This document shows positions 13,383 to 26,089 of a DNA stretch of 64,000 nt, one piece after another (positions within the stretch are counted from its first letter, which is position 1; the number at the start of each line of letters is the position of its first letter). Made by a program: the position numbers and the translations under genes. The stretch is from Neovahlkampfia damariscottae. Lineage: Eukaryota. The stretch lies in contig JABLTG010000021.1 in NCBI GenBank assembly GCA_016618085.1, forward strand, positions 62,001 through 126,000. Reading direction: 5' to 3'. The notes beneath the pieces are model-generated. The model did no database searches and was not told where the DNA came from. It saw nothing but the letters and a program-made list of their open reading frames with translations.

Positions 13383-14814
13383 TTAATCCATATTTTTTAT
13401 TTTATTTTGATAATAAGTTGGAATTCCACCAAACATATTCTTAAACAATTTTTGAGTTGCTTCTTCATCCAAAGCTCTTGTATTTTCAACAGGAGCCATA
13501 AAACCAACCATTTTCTGATGAACTTTATATTTAATTGAACGATCTTTTGTTCTTCTAAATGAATTATTCTTTTTCATATTTCTTGAAATTGCTTTTTGAA
13601 TATTTTCTTTTGATCCTAATGAAGAACCAATATCTTCAATTAAATCTCTTAATAAAACTTGATAGAATTCTCTGTCATCATAGATTTCTTCATCAATCTC
13701 TTCTGCTTCTTCTTTTTCTTCATCTCTTGTTCTCTTCTATTTTATTTTTAGTTTTTTAATTTAATTTTACTTTTCCCAAAATTGATTCGTTGAATAAAAT
13801 CTTTTGTGATTTTTTGATTAAACTGTCTTTATCTTTTAATATTAAACTCATTTGATTTTCTAGACTTGTATTGATTGTTTTGAAGTTTTTATTCGTGATA
13901 TTACCAGAACTTAATTTTGTTTTTCTATTCCATTGTTCTAATGTATCTGTTCTCTTTTTCGAGTGTTTTTCTGCATTTTTTTCAATTTCATTCCATGTTT
14001 TATCTAAAGTTTGATAAGAATTCAATTCTTTTTCTTCTGAAAATTCCTATTTTTAAGTGTTAATTTTCATGTTAATTTTTTTACATTTTTTAAATCAATT
14101 AAATCATTGAGAATTTCAACTAAATCTTGATTTGATTCTTTTAATTCAGATTTAATTGTTTCATTTTTCTTGAAATCTTTCATAATTTCTTTCTAATGTA
14201 ATGTTAAATCAATGTATTCTTAAAAAAATTACTTGTGGAAAACGATTCACAGTTTGCAATGGTTTTTGAAGTAATATTCTTAATTTCAACAAATTATCAT
14301 AAATAATTTTTTGGTTATAAACAGATTTTGCTTTTTGTTTTTCTTTTCTTCTTTCATTTTGTATATTTTCAATAAAATTTGGTTTGTTGATTTCTTCCAA
14401 ATGATTTTGAATTTCTTCACCTTCATTCAATAAATCATCATCTTCTTCATCATCATCCTCTAAATCTTGTTGATATTTTGATTCTTTGTATTCTTTAAAT
14501 TCTTCTAATTCAGTTTTAACTCTTTCAATTTCTTTTAAATCTTTTTCATCAAAAATGTCCAATCCATCCTTTGATTCATATAAATCATTTCTTGAGATAG
14601 ATTTTCCTTCATATCCTTTAACATCTAATTCACTTCTAAGAGGTAATTTTTCTTTTAATTTTCTTTTTTTTTTTGGTTGAACTTCAACTTCTTCTTCAGA
14701 TTCAGTTTCTTTTTCACTTAAAATATATTCATCATCTATATTATCAATATCAACATCTTTTGTTGGTGTAAATAACTTTGATAATTTTTGTGCTTTTGTT
14801 TTTGTTTTGACCAT
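13383..14814 (-). CDS. AATF: AATF/Bfr2 ribosome biogenesis factor, 4 exons
   Basis: QKIIYDNLLKLRILLQKPLQTVNRFPQ and C-terminal RSIKYKVHQKMVGFMAP match the AATF and TRAUB motifs. Confidence 0.88.
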
Positions 14815-14979
14815 CGATTTTTTTGAAGACCAAACAAGCAAAATGATTGGATAAAAAAAAACAAAGTGAAATATATTTGTTTTCTTATTATTTTATCAAA
14901 AATTATATTCCAAATTTTTTTATTGATAAAATGGAGGCAAACTTTTGTCCAATGAGAATTTGCTCTTTTTCAAAAAATA

Positions 14980-16308
14980 ATGTTGAAGAAGCAAATTTCT
15001 TCAATTTTCAGAAAAAACAATGGAGCATTGATGGAATTCAAAACAATGAAAAAAACAATAGCACATCCAAAAACCACAAATAAAACAGAAACAACAAAAA
15101 TTTTAACAATTAATCAAGAACAGCTGGATTTAGAAAAACATTCAAGAAATTTAAAAAGGAGTGTACTTTCAAATGACAAGTTAAAAGTAAAACAAATACT
15201 TTCATTGCTTGAAAAAAAATACAAGAAAAAGATCTTTATGTTTTATACTCAGGCACTTCAAGTAGTATTTCAAAATAGTAAAAATGAAATGTTGGATATA
15301 ATCACTGATTATATGAAAGAATATGATCAAAAAGATCGAATTTATATATACAATCGAATATTAAAATATTGTTTGAAAACTAGACAACTTGCAAAGGCAA
15401 TCGAAATTTTTGACTTTATTATTCAACCAAATAATCAACATCAACCAAATTCAACTACATTTGAATTGGTGATAGAAATGCATCATATTCTATATACTTC
15501 AAAAACAAAAATTTATTTTGAAATAATGACAAATGAATATCACTTACAACCAACAATCGAAATTTTTTATTTTTTAATCAAAGGATATTTTGGTGAAAAA
15601 AACATTGAATTAGCAAATGAATACTTTGAAATGATTGAGGATTACAATTTAATTCCAAACCAAAAAATTTTTTACACAATGATATCAGGATATTGTCAAC
15701 TAAATAAAATAGAAGAAGCAATGAAACTCTTTGAAATGATGATTCAAAATTATTCATTACAGCCATCAATGGCTATTTGTCATCAAATTTTGAAAACTTT
15801 GTTCCAAACGGAATCAATGAACAAAGAGAGAAGAGGAATTCAATTCTTCAAAGATGTAGTATCAAAGTATAATATAAAACCAGATAAACAATTTTTAGAT
15901 CTTTTTATTAGGAATTTATCAGAAATTGGAGAGATGGATTTGGCAGTAGAATGCTTTGAAATGATGGAAGCAAAGTTTGATATTCGACCAACCATGTTCT
16001 CTTTTGAATCAATCATTAGAGGGTTTTGCGAAGAAAAGAATATGGAAGAAGCAGTAAAATACTTCAATTTAATGAAAGATTATTCAATGATTCCAACATT
16101 TTCAATTTACAAAAGAATGGCAAATGCATTTTCAGAATTGAAGGAGTCAGATATTGCTTCTGAGTATAGTTCCAGAATGACTAAATTAAAAATAGAATAT
16201 AAAACAAAATTAGAAAAAACAGAAGAAAAAACAGAAATTTCTGATAGATTAAGTTCTTTGAGGGAGAGATTAGCGAAGAAATCAATAGAAAAACAAACAG
16301 AAAGTTGA
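14980..16308 (+). CDS. Pentatricopeptide repeat protein, probably mitochondrial
   Basis: 35-aa repeats such as FYTMISGYCQLNKIEEAMKLFEMM; basic N-terminus. Confidence 0.9.
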   Translation: MLKKQISSIFRKNNGALMEFKTMKKTIAHPKTTNKTETTKILTINQEQLDLEKHSRNLKRSVLSNDKLKVKQILSLLEKKYKKKIFMFYTQALQVVFQNSKNEMLDIITDYMKEYDQKDRIYIYNRILKYCLKTRQLAKAIEIFDFIIQPNNQHQPNSTTFELVIEMHHILYTSKTKIYFEIMTNEYHLQPTIEIFYFLIKGYFGEKNIELANEYFEMIEDYNLIPNQKIFYTMISGYCQLNKIEEAMKLFEMMIQNYSLQPSMAICHQILKTLFQTESMNKERRGIQFFKDVVSKYNIKPDKQFLDLFIRNLSEIGEMDLAVECFEMMEAKFDIRPTMFSFESIIRGFCEEKNMEEAVKYFNLMKDYSMIPTFSIYKRMANAFSELKESDIASEYSSRMTKLKIEYKTKLEKTEEKTEISDRLSSLRERLAKKSIEKQTES

Positions 16309-16310
16309 AT

Positions 16311-17638
16311 TCAGAAGAATAAAAAGTTCATGTCTTTAGTTTTTGTTTGATCCTTTATACTCTTTCCAAATTTCAAAAATCTATCTTTGATTCTTCGAGA
16401 ATAGACCAATCGATGCTTCTTCATATATTGAAAGGTTTCAATTGAAATAAAATCAGTCATCAATTCATCAAGTAAATAATCATATATCAACGGATTCAGT
16501 TTATAACAAGTGTTGAAATAATCTTGTTGATCTCTCCTACCAAAACAAGAAAATAATTCAGGATATTTTTTTAGATTTGGTAAGATATAATGTTCAGCCC
16601 AAGAATTAAAATGATGTCTTTGAATAAGTGACGCTTTATCAAAGTACTTCATGGCTAATGGATTTTTCTTCAAAGCTGTTTCAACAATGAAATGATAATC
16701 ATCATAATTGGAAAAAATTTCCCGTCCATTATAATAATACTTTGATACTCCATCTTTCCTGACATCTCTTGAAACAAATTCCAATGTTAATCCATTATTT
16801 CTGACGGCAGAAAGACAAATTTCCATTTTTGTTTGATATTTTTTTGTATATTTTAATGCAAGTCCATTGTTTTTTACTGCAATTTCAACTACTTCGAATG
16901 TATTTTGGATTTTTAAAGAAGCAAGGGCAAGATATAATCCATTTTTTGATATTACTGATTTCATAATCAATTTATCATTTAAAAGTGATGTGTCTGCATG
17001 TATTATCGCATTAAAATTATTATTTATAGCTATTAAACTAATTGTCTGTCAGATTTCAACATATCACAACAAAATTCAAGAAGAATTCCATTTTTGGCTA
17101 AGCATATTTCAGCTAGATGTTTTTTGCTTCTCATATTTTTTGGAAAGTATTTGAAAATTTCAGGAGATCCTTTCAAAGCAGCTTCACAAATTTTTTTATC
17201 ATTTTGTAAGTCATTTGGTAAAAATTCATAAATTTTTGGATAAGTTTTGACTAAAAACCTGATAAATTCTTTATCATGTGTAACTTCTTTAGCGGCATAA
17301 AGTACAGATTTTGGATTTTGTTCAACAGCAACATGTACAAACTTTGGGTCATTGTTAAATTTTTTTGAAGTGTGCTTGAGGGCTAAACCATCTGATTTTA
17401 AAGCCTCATAAACCAATCTTGTTTTTTCTCTTTGTTCCGGTAATAAGTATTTCAAACCATCTCCGTGAAACGACAATGCTTTTTTTAAAAATTCCAAATC
17501 TTTTTTTAAATCATCAGAAATATATTTTAGAGCAGTTGGGTCATATATAACTATTTTTAAGACGAATTCTTTGTCATCATTAAACTCTGGAAAATTCACC
17601 AGACGTGAATATTTGTTTAACAAAATTTTTTCTTCCAT
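16311..17638 (-). CDS. DUF4116-type repeat protein with an apparent frameshift at about 17035
   Basis: Repeats of the form DKEFVLxAVxxNGLALKY in both ORFs; the two frames differ by one base in a short T-run. Confidence 0.7.
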
Positions 17639-17775
17639 TTTTCAACCAATAATATCCCCAGGTTCAAAATAAAGTTGAATTAAAACAAACAGATTTATAA
17701 AAAGACAAAAAATAAAAAGAAAATTCCCCATCTTTTTTATTGGACCAAATTTTGACTTCAAAAAAACATTGAAGT

Positions 17776-19767
17776 ATGTACATGCACCATGTTATGAACG
17801 GAATGAAAAAACCAATGAATTTTTCAAAAGGTATGAAACAACATACAGAAAAATATTGCATTGATTGTATTTTGAAAGTTGAAGATCGAAATCAATTGAA
17901 AAAGAAGTTAAATTTTTTATTTCAAGAAATTCCAAAAAAAAATTTTGAAGATGAAAGAATAACAACTATATCACAAATAGCATCATTCCTTTCACATCCG
18001 CAACAATTGTAAAATTAAAAAAAAACACTAACTAAACACTACAGATCCATTTATAATATGGGACTTGTTGAATTCACCAGTTTACTTGAAGCAGGAAATA
18101 TTATTGAATGTTTAGTTAAAATTATAAGTTTAAAAGAAACTGGTGATGCAGACTTTGATTGTTGTGGTTATTATTCAATTGCCATTTTGATAATTTTAAT
18201 TCAAAAACATGATCCATTCTTAGGTGATGATTTTAACTTGAAAAATGTGAAACAATTTTATAAAAATCAAGGAACAACTCATTTAATTCAAATTATAAAC
18301 AGAAAAAGATATTCTTTTGTTGAGAATATCAAGAATTTAATGTTACTTCGTTATTTGACTTTGTATTCACCTATTGTTTCTGATATGATAAAAAATGATT
18401 GTTTACCACATGTTTTTGAAATGTTTAACCATACAACAAAATATGTACTTGGAGAAATTGAAAAATATGGAATTAAAGACAATCAAAAAATTTTACTTTC
18501 AATGGGTGTCGCAGGAACAACATTCACACAATCAGCAGATCCAGACACTGTTAAATTACAAGAACTCAAAGCAAGAGCATTATCAAGAATTGAAGGAATG
18601 AAAGAAAATGCTTCAATGATAATTTCAAATCATTGTTTAACAAAAGAAGGAAGAAATTATTTAATTGAAAGAAAATACTTGAACTATATGTTTGAGTTCT
18701 TGAAAGGAAAATGTGAAGATAGCTCATATCAAGATTTATGTTTTTCTTTTTGGATTGGATTGGACAATTATGTCAAATCATGTGAAAAAGAAGAAATTCA
18801 AACTTTACATGATTTGAAATTGTTTAATTTAGTTGAATCTTGGATGTATAATCCAAATGCAATCACTCAACTTTCAAAGATTTTTTCAATATTGAAAAAT
18901 TTAATTTCAAAAGATCCTGACAGTTTAAAATTATTATTAAAATCACATTTGAATATTATTGATTTGACAAGAGTTTATTTACACTTTAGAGTCGGTGTTG
19001 TTCAAACAAATTCAGTTAAATTTTATGAAGAATTATCAAAACATAAATCATCTGCAAAGTTAATTTCAACTGTGAAAGATGATTGTTTATTTGAATTAAT
19101 TGATGATTATAATGATGAAATTCATGACTTGGGAAAGAAAATTTATGTTAACTTTTTCAAATTTGGATTAAGAAAAAAAAAATTTGGCGACATCAAAAAT
19201 TTTAGAATGAGAGGTGGAAAAATACCACAATACAAAAAAGCAGAAGATTATAAAAAACAAGGAAATGATCAATTTAAGCAACAAAATTATGAAAAAGCTA
19301 TTGAACTTTATGACAAAGGTATTGAATGTGTTCGATATTTTGGTGGTAATTCATGTTTACATATGCTTTATGGAAATCGTTCTGAATGTAGTTTGAGATT
19401 GAAAAATTATCAACAAGCTGTAGTTGATTCATTATATTCATATACATCTCGTGGTGATTCAAATGATATTAAAGATACATTTGAAATTAAAGTATTCATT
19501 AGATTAGGAAAATCATTGACAGAAATTGGTAAAAATTTGGAAGCTGTGAGATGCTATTATGAAGTTTTATATGATCATCCAAGAAGCAAAGAAGTTTTGG
19601 AATTCATTCAAGATATGAAAATGAAAGTGAAGAATAGAAATATTTGTAGTTTTTGTAAGAATTATGAATCAACAATGATGAAATGTTCAATTTGTTATGA
19701 ACCTTATTGTTCTTCTGAATGTCAAAAAGCAGATTGGAAAGAACATAAAATAATTTGCAAAAAATAA
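17776..19767 (+). CDS. ARM-like + TPR + MYND zinc finger protein, 2 exons
   Basis: TPR (AEDYKKQGNDQFKQQNYEKAIELY); MYND CSFC..CSIC..YCSSECQKADWKEHKIIC. Confidence 0.85.
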
Positions 19768-19875
19768 AAATTGATTTTTATGATGAAGAATGTATTTATG
19801 TTTCATAAAAAAAGTAAAAAATAAAAAACCTTTTGTCATTGGTCGGAAATCAACATTTTCATTGGTCAAAAAAAA

Positions 19876-21401
19876 ATGAAGGTGATTCTTTGTTTGCTCT
19901 TTGTTGCTATTGTTTATTCTGCACATGTTTCAATGATTGTCCAAAAAGATGTGTTTAATTATCAAAAAGGATTCCAAAAAGAGAAAGGTAAGATATTTTT
20001 AATGTTAATCTTTCCAAGTTTCTGTTATGCTTTTATTTAAAAAACAAGCAGATTTTAAAGGTCCTCAATTTAAAAAAAATATCAAAAATAAAGAAAGAGG
20101 AGTGGCTGTTCTTGAAGAAGTACAACGTGTTGCAGCTGAAACTCAAAAAAATGTAATTGAACGTTTAAAAAAATTGAAACTTCAATATAAATCATATTAT
20201 GTTCAAAATTGTATTATTGTTGATAATGCAACACCAAATGATATATATACTCTTGCTGATGAACCTGAAATTGAAAGTATTTTATCAAACAATGCTTTTA
20301 GAGTTCCTCTTGAAGAATCAAAAGAAAAAATTTACAAATCAACACCAAATGAACCATTATCTATTGAATGGAATGTTAAATTTGTCAAAGCTGATCAAGT
20401 ATGGGCAAAAGGAATTGATGGAAAAGGGTTTGAAATTATTATTTCATTTAACCAATAGTTTTACAATTGCAAATGCAGATACTGGTGTAGATTGGAAACA
20501 TAGTGCTCTTTTACCAAATTATCGAGGTAATTTAGGATCTACTGTAAATCACAATTACAATTGGTATGATGGTGTCAGAAAAATTTTAAACAAAGATCAT
20601 AAAAATAGATGTGGATACAATACTACAGCACCTTGTGATGATTATGGTCATGGTACTCATTGTATGGGAACATCTGTTGGTGCTAGTTCAACAAGAAAGA
20701 TTGGTGTGGCTCCAGGAGCTAAATGGATATCTTGTCGTAACATGGATGCTGGTAGAGGTTCACCACAAACTTATATTGAATGTTTACAATTCTTTTTAGC
20801 ACCACATGATCTTTCTGGTAAAAATCCAAAACCTGAGCTTAGACCACATTCAATTGGAAATTCTTATGGATGTCCAAGATCAGAAAGATGTGAACCTGAT
20901 TCACTTAAAGCTGCATCAAAAGCATTAAAAGCAGCAGGTGTATTTATGGCTGTTTCAGCTGGAAATGCAGGAAGATGTAGTACAGTAAGAGATCCACCTT
21001 CACATTACAAATCAGTTTTCACTGTTGGAGCTTCAGGAAGAAATACTCATACAATAGCATCATATTCTAGTAAAGGACCTGTAACTATTGATGGTTCTAA
21101 TAGAATTAAACCAGATGTCACTGCACCTGGTAGTTCTGTTACTTCATCTGTTCCAAATAATGGATATAGAGCATATTCTGGTACTTCAATGGCAAGTCCT
21201 CATATCAATGGAATGATTGCATTATTATGGCAAGCTAATAAAAAATTTGACAGAAAAATCAAAAAAACAATCAAAATTATTCAAGAAACATGTTTGAGAC
21301 AACAATCAACAAATTGTAATAGTAATGGGATTCCAAATAATGTATACGGATATGGTTCAGTTGATTTTCTTGCTGCTATTGAAAAAATTAAATCAAAATA
21401 A
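19876..21401 (+). CDS. Secreted subtilisin S8 protease (bacillopeptidase F-like), 3 exons
   Basis: Signal peptide MKVILCLLFVAIVYS, propeptide, catalytic motifs DTGV, HGTH, GTSMASP. Confidence 0.93.
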
Positions 21402-21480
21402 AAATGTTCAATTTCAACACTGATTTTTCTTCTTATTTCATTGGTCAGTCAAAATCTAAAAAAAAACACTTCAAAAAAGC

Positions 21481-22239
21481 ATGGTGAGGAAAATTGTTCA
21501 AAAAGAAACATCAGAAGAAAGAGAAATAAAAATAATAAAAGATGATGATGAAATTAGAAGAATAACATTTGAAGGAGATTCTTATGATACTTTTATCAAT
21601 TCATTAACAGACTATTTTGAACTCAGTAATTTACAAGAAGAATATGAACTATTTTATAAAGACGAAGAAGATGATTTTATTAAAATCTCAACTGAAAAAG
21701 AATTCCACTTAAGTTTAAAAAACCAAAAAAATTCATCTTTGTTAAAGTTCTTTTTGAAAAAAAAAAAAAAAAATACAATCTTCAGTTTTTCAAATGAACT
21801 AGAAATTTCAGAATCAATAAAACAAAAACTTGAAACCAAAGCTCTGAAATTGATGAAAAAAGAAGAAAAAAAAGATTTCAAAAAAGACAAAATACAAAAG
21901 AAAGGAAGGAAATTTATGTGTCGATTTGTTTGTCATAAGACTATAAAAGACAACACATCATTACCTCCAAAATGTCCATTTACAAAAATTTGGACTTTGA
22001 GGAATGAATCAAATGATGATTGGAATGATTGTAAATTGATTTTTATTGGTGGTGACGCTATTGAAGGTGCAAAAGAATCTTCATTGATTAAAGTTGTAAA
22101 ACCTAATGAAGAGGTTGATATTTCTATAAATTTTATTTCGCCTGCTGAAAAAGGACACTATTGCGGTTATTGGAAAATGGTTGATTCAACCAATAGAAAA
22201 TTTGGTCAAAGATTGTGGATCAAAATTAATGTAGAATAG
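21481..22239 (+). CDS. PB1 + NBR1/FW (ILRUN-like) domain protein
   Basis: PB1 OPCA motif YKDEEDDFIKISTEKE; FW domain FTKIWTLRN..GYWKM..KFGQRLW. Confidence 0.85.
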   Translation: MVRKIVQKETSEEREIKIIKDDDEIRRITFEGDSYDTFINSLTDYFELSNLQEEYELFYKDEEDDFIKISTEKEFHLSLKNQKNSSLLKFFLKKKKKNTIFSFSNELEISESIKQKLETKALKLMKKEEKKDFKKDKIQKKGRKFMCRFVCHKTIKDNTSLPPKCPFTKIWTLRNESNDDWNDCKLIFIGGDAIEGAKESSLIKVVKPNEEVDISINFISPAEKGHYCGYWKMVDSTNRKFGQRLWIKINVE

Positions 22240-22422
22240 ATCTTTTTTTCAGTTTCCTTTTTATTTTGTACAAAAAGCAATCCTCAAACAAAAGGAATTT
22301 GAAGAAACTCCATTTCTTTTTCTTTTTTTTTCATTTTTCATTTTTGGGATTTCGATTTACCTTGGATGGTATCTAGAATATTTTTTGACTTTTGAATTTC
22401 AAATTCCATCAAATATCAATTT

Positions 22423-23688
22423 TTATTCAACCAAATTTTTATTTTTCTCCATGATGTATTTACTCTTCATTTCTGTCACTTTCATTGAAGAATTCCACAA
22501 CACATGTTGATAAATATCCTCATTTCTTTCATTATTCAAATTATTCAAAATATTTTCCAATCTGGTTTTCAACGTTTTCGTATTTATTTCACTATTGAAC
22601 ATGTTCTTCAAAATTTCAAAACCATTCTGTTGTTTTTGATTCCATCTCTTTTCGTTTTTATACAATCCAATAGATCTTTTAACAAATTCGTCATCATTCC
22701 AACAAATTTCACCTCCAAATTTGTTTTTAAGAGTCATTCCTTCTGATCCTATGAATGATGTAACACAAGGAATTCCATAATACCAACCATCAGAAATTTT
22801 TCCTTTGATACCTGCACCGAATCTCAATGGAGCAATTTGAACTCTATGTTTCTGTATTTTGGATAAATCTTTCAATTCTCCTTTGATTAAAAAGTTTTCT
22901 TCTTCTGAATGCAGTTGAAAATCCTTTTCTTTTGGTAATGCTCCATAAATGAATAATTTTGACTTTGGTAATTTTTTTTGAATTTTTGGCCAAATATTCT
23001 GTTTCAAATAGTTTATTGAATCAACATTAGGCTCATGATTGAAATTTCCAATGGTAAAGAAATCTAATTTTTCATCAAATGAAAGTTGTTTAATTTCATC
23101 AGGATTCTCATAAAAGAAAGAAGCAATTTCTAATTTTGATTTTGGAAATTTGAATTGATTTATCAATAAATTGTATTCATATGTACTTACAATGAAGTTC
23201 AAATCACATCTCAACATTGCAGCCATTTCTCTAAATAGAAGATCATGTTCAAATGAATTTGTTGAAGGTGTCAAATGAGATAAATCTTTCAATGAGATAT
23301 TTTCATCATTTAAGATAGTTTTATGTCTAAATTTTCTTAAAGTTCTTAAATCTTGAGTATCCAAAATTTTCAAAGCTTCAGGAAAATTTTCATGGACCAT
23401 CCAACCATAAAACTCTTCAGAAACAAATGTATCATAAACACAAATAGTTGGATTTATATCTTGTAATTTTTCTTTAAATAAATTTGAATCATTGATTTGT
23501 ATTGATATTGCTTCTGAAAATGGTTTTAATTCTCTGGCAAATCCACTGTTTTCTTTTTGTGGTGTGATGTAAGTTATTGATGCATTTTTGTCTAAACTCT
23601 TCAAAAGTTCAAGAATTTTGTAAGTTCTAACACCTGCTGCAGACATATTTTTTCTTGGCCACAGAGTTCCAAAATATAAAATTTTCAT
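22423..23688 (-). CDS. Bacterial-like GT4 glycosyltransferase, intronless
   Basis: WP..SAAGVR, LDTQDL, IGNFNHEPNVDS, APLRFGAGIKGKI, TSFIGSEGM. Confidence 0.85.
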   Translation of the reverse strand: MKILYFGTLWPRKNMSAAGVRTYKILELLKSLDKNASITYITPQKENSGFARELKPFSEAISIQINDSNLFKEKLQDINPTICVYDTFVSEEFYGWMVHENFPEALKILDTQDLRTLRKFRHKTILNDENISLKDLSHLTPSTNSFEHDLLFREMAAMLRCDLNFIVSTYEYNLLINQFKFPKSKLEIASFFYENPDEIKQLSFDEKLDFFTIGNFNHEPNVDSINYLKQNIWPKIQKKLPKSKLFIYGALPKEKDFQLHSEEENFLIKGELKDLSKIQKHRVQIAPLRFGAGIKGKISDGWYYGIPCVTSFIGSEGMTLKNKFGGEICWNDDEFVKRSIGLYKNEKRWNQKQQNGFEILKNMFNSEINTKTLKTRLENILNNLNNERNEDIYQHVLWNSSMKVTEMKSKYIMEKNKNLVE

Positions 23689-23764
23689 CTTTACTCACAC
23701 AACAATGTTGAAGCTGTTGGTAAATTTCGAAGTGAGCAATGATTGGATAAAAAAAAAAGGTTTA

Positions 23765-25200
23765 TTAAAATTTGATTTCAGTATCATCTATAGTAAATTC
23801 ACTTTTGAATGTTGCTTTGAATTTTTCGTTTGAAGAAGTATTTTTAACTTGATTTGAAACAGCAATGATTGATGCAAAACTTCCCGTTTTTGTTGATGAA
23901 GAAGCGATCAAATCATTTTTTGCAAAGGTATCTAAATTGAAATAGGCCTCTATAAAATCTTGTGCGGGTATCTGTTTTGAATTTTTCTCAATTTTGACAT
24001 CAGGAACTGATTTTCTTCCACTGAATGAAATTTGTTAATTGAATAAAAACCAAACCCGAAATAATAAAATTGTCCATTATGAACAATACCTTGTGGAAAT
24101 AATATATTTTCAAATTCTTCTTCTGGATGATCAAGCAGAAATAATACATCCGTTTCAACAACATATGAAGTATTTGTTGACAAATTAATTACTGATACTG
24201 ATTTTGACAATACTCTACCATCTGTACCACCATAAAAACATAATAAATTATCCATTAAAAAAGGAATACTCCCAAAATTTTGTGGAATATTCGATGTTGA
24301 AACTTGTGACCAATGATAATTCTCATCACAAGACCATAAATCTTGTAGTATATTCAATTTTTGATTTATCCCTCCAAATATATACATTTTACCATTTACT
24401 GATATCGAAGTATGCATAAATCTTGGTTGTGGTCCTTTTTTTGAAGCATTTTCATTTTTTGTCCAATCTTGTTTTTCTTTTGAAAAGAATTAATTCGAAT
24501 TAGCTTTTTTTACCTATATCATATTCATCTATAGTATTCAATATCAATTGTTGTTCTTTGGTGACTCTTGTGACACCTCCAAAAATTACCTGTTTTTTTT
24601 AAAAAATTATTTTGAATTGAAATACCATTTTATCATTTAATATACATGCAGAGTGACAATATCTATCAATTTCAAAACCAGAACCTCTGGACCAGGAATG
24701 TTTATCTTTCAAAAATTTCAAGTTAAAAATTTTTTAATTTACAAATGTCAAAAGTAAAAATATTTGACCAAGGTTGTTCCGTTACACCACCATATAAAAC
24801 GATAGTATTTCCTTTGTATACAACAGCTGAGTGAAATGTTCCTAAAAAAAAACAAAATAAATTTTAAAATTCATACTTGAAGAATAAGGACCATTACCTT
24901 TTTCTTTAATAGTAATCCATTTTCCATCTTCAATTGAATATACAAACATTTTATTATCACCTCGTAAAAAAGTTTTTGTTGATGGAGCGTAAACATAAAA
25001 ATAACCTTTTATAACTCCGTTCTCCTCTTTTTCAACATAATTTGAAGTGAAACCAAACCTCTCACATTTCTAAAAATTAGTGATTTAAATTTTACATCAG
25101 GAAAATCTATATTCACAAATTGAAGAAAATTCTTTGGTGTGAAGGTCTTCTGTGATTTCGAAGTTAAAAAAATCTTCATTGGTTTTGATTGGATATTCAT
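23765..25200 (-). CDS. Kelch repeat protein, multi-exon; start uncertain
   Basis: Repeats HSAVVY..LYGG, HSACIL..IFGG, HTSISV..IFGG; intron 24021-24055 restores YYFGGR. Confidence 0.75.
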
Positions 25201-25219
25201 TTCACACATCATAATAAAA

Positions 25220-26026
25220 ATGGACATCATAAAATCTAAATTTTTGGAAAATGAAGAGCATATGGATTCAAAAGAATTTAATTTAATAAAGAAAGAAGAA
25301 CAAAAAAAAAAAGTTGAAAATTCAAACCAAGATTTATTTTATTTAGAACAAAGTAATTCAGTACGTAAAACAAAAACTTTACTTGTACATTTTGATTATC
25401 TCTGCAGTTCACAATTTTTAAAAAATGGAAAATTCAATTTCACAAAATCAAATCACACCAAAAAAAAAAATAAAGTTCTACTCAACATCATTAGAGATTT
25501 ACAAAAAAAACTTGATTTTAAAAAGACAAATTTATTTGGTGATCATTTTGAAGTTTCAAAAAATTATTTTAGACCATTGGGTTTTAAACATACCAGTGGT
25601 ATTAAAAATTACACCAAAGCGAAGTCATACAAGAGAAATGATTTGATTATTGTTAATGATGTTCAATATAAGAATTTTGATTCAATTGATTGTGATACTT
25701 TTCTGTATGAATGTTTTAAAATTTTGAAGCCAAATGCTTCGTCTGTTAATGAATGGATTTTGAATTATGAAAACCAAAATGAATTTGAATATACTTCAGA
25801 TGTTTTGGTTTCAACTAGTTCTTTGGATCTTAATATACCCGAAGAAAAACCATTAGAAATGAATTTCAGAAAAAGACAAAGAGAAGACAAGAATTTTGCA
25901 AAATTAAAACAACCACCAACAAAAAAGAAATTTAAAACGACCAGAAATACAAATTCCAATACAAATAAAAACTCATCAACACGACAAACAAACAAGAAAA
26001 AAAAAAAGAAAATGGTAATAATATGA
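25220..26026 (+). CDS. Hypothetical protein with basic C-terminal tail
   Basis: Long ORF; ATG at 25220 preceded by two ATTGG motifs. Confidence 0.55.
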   Translation: MDIIKSKFLENEEHMDSKEFNLIKKEEQKKKVENSNQDLFYLEQSNSVRKTKTLLVHFDYLCSSQFLKNGKFNFTKSNHTKKKNKVLLNIIRDLQKKLDFKKTNLFGDHFEVSKNYFRPLGFKHTSGIKNYTKAKSYKRNDLIIVNDVQYKNFDSIDCDTFLYECFKILKPNASSVNEWILNYENQNEFEYTSDVLVSTSSLDLNIPEEKPLEMNFRKRQREDKNFAKLKQPPTKKKFKTTRNTNSNTNKNSSTRQTNKKKKKKMVII

Positions 26027-26089
26027 AATTCCAAAAGAAGTCGTAAGACACAAGTGGAATAAAATTACAAGTTTATTTATAAATTACAT

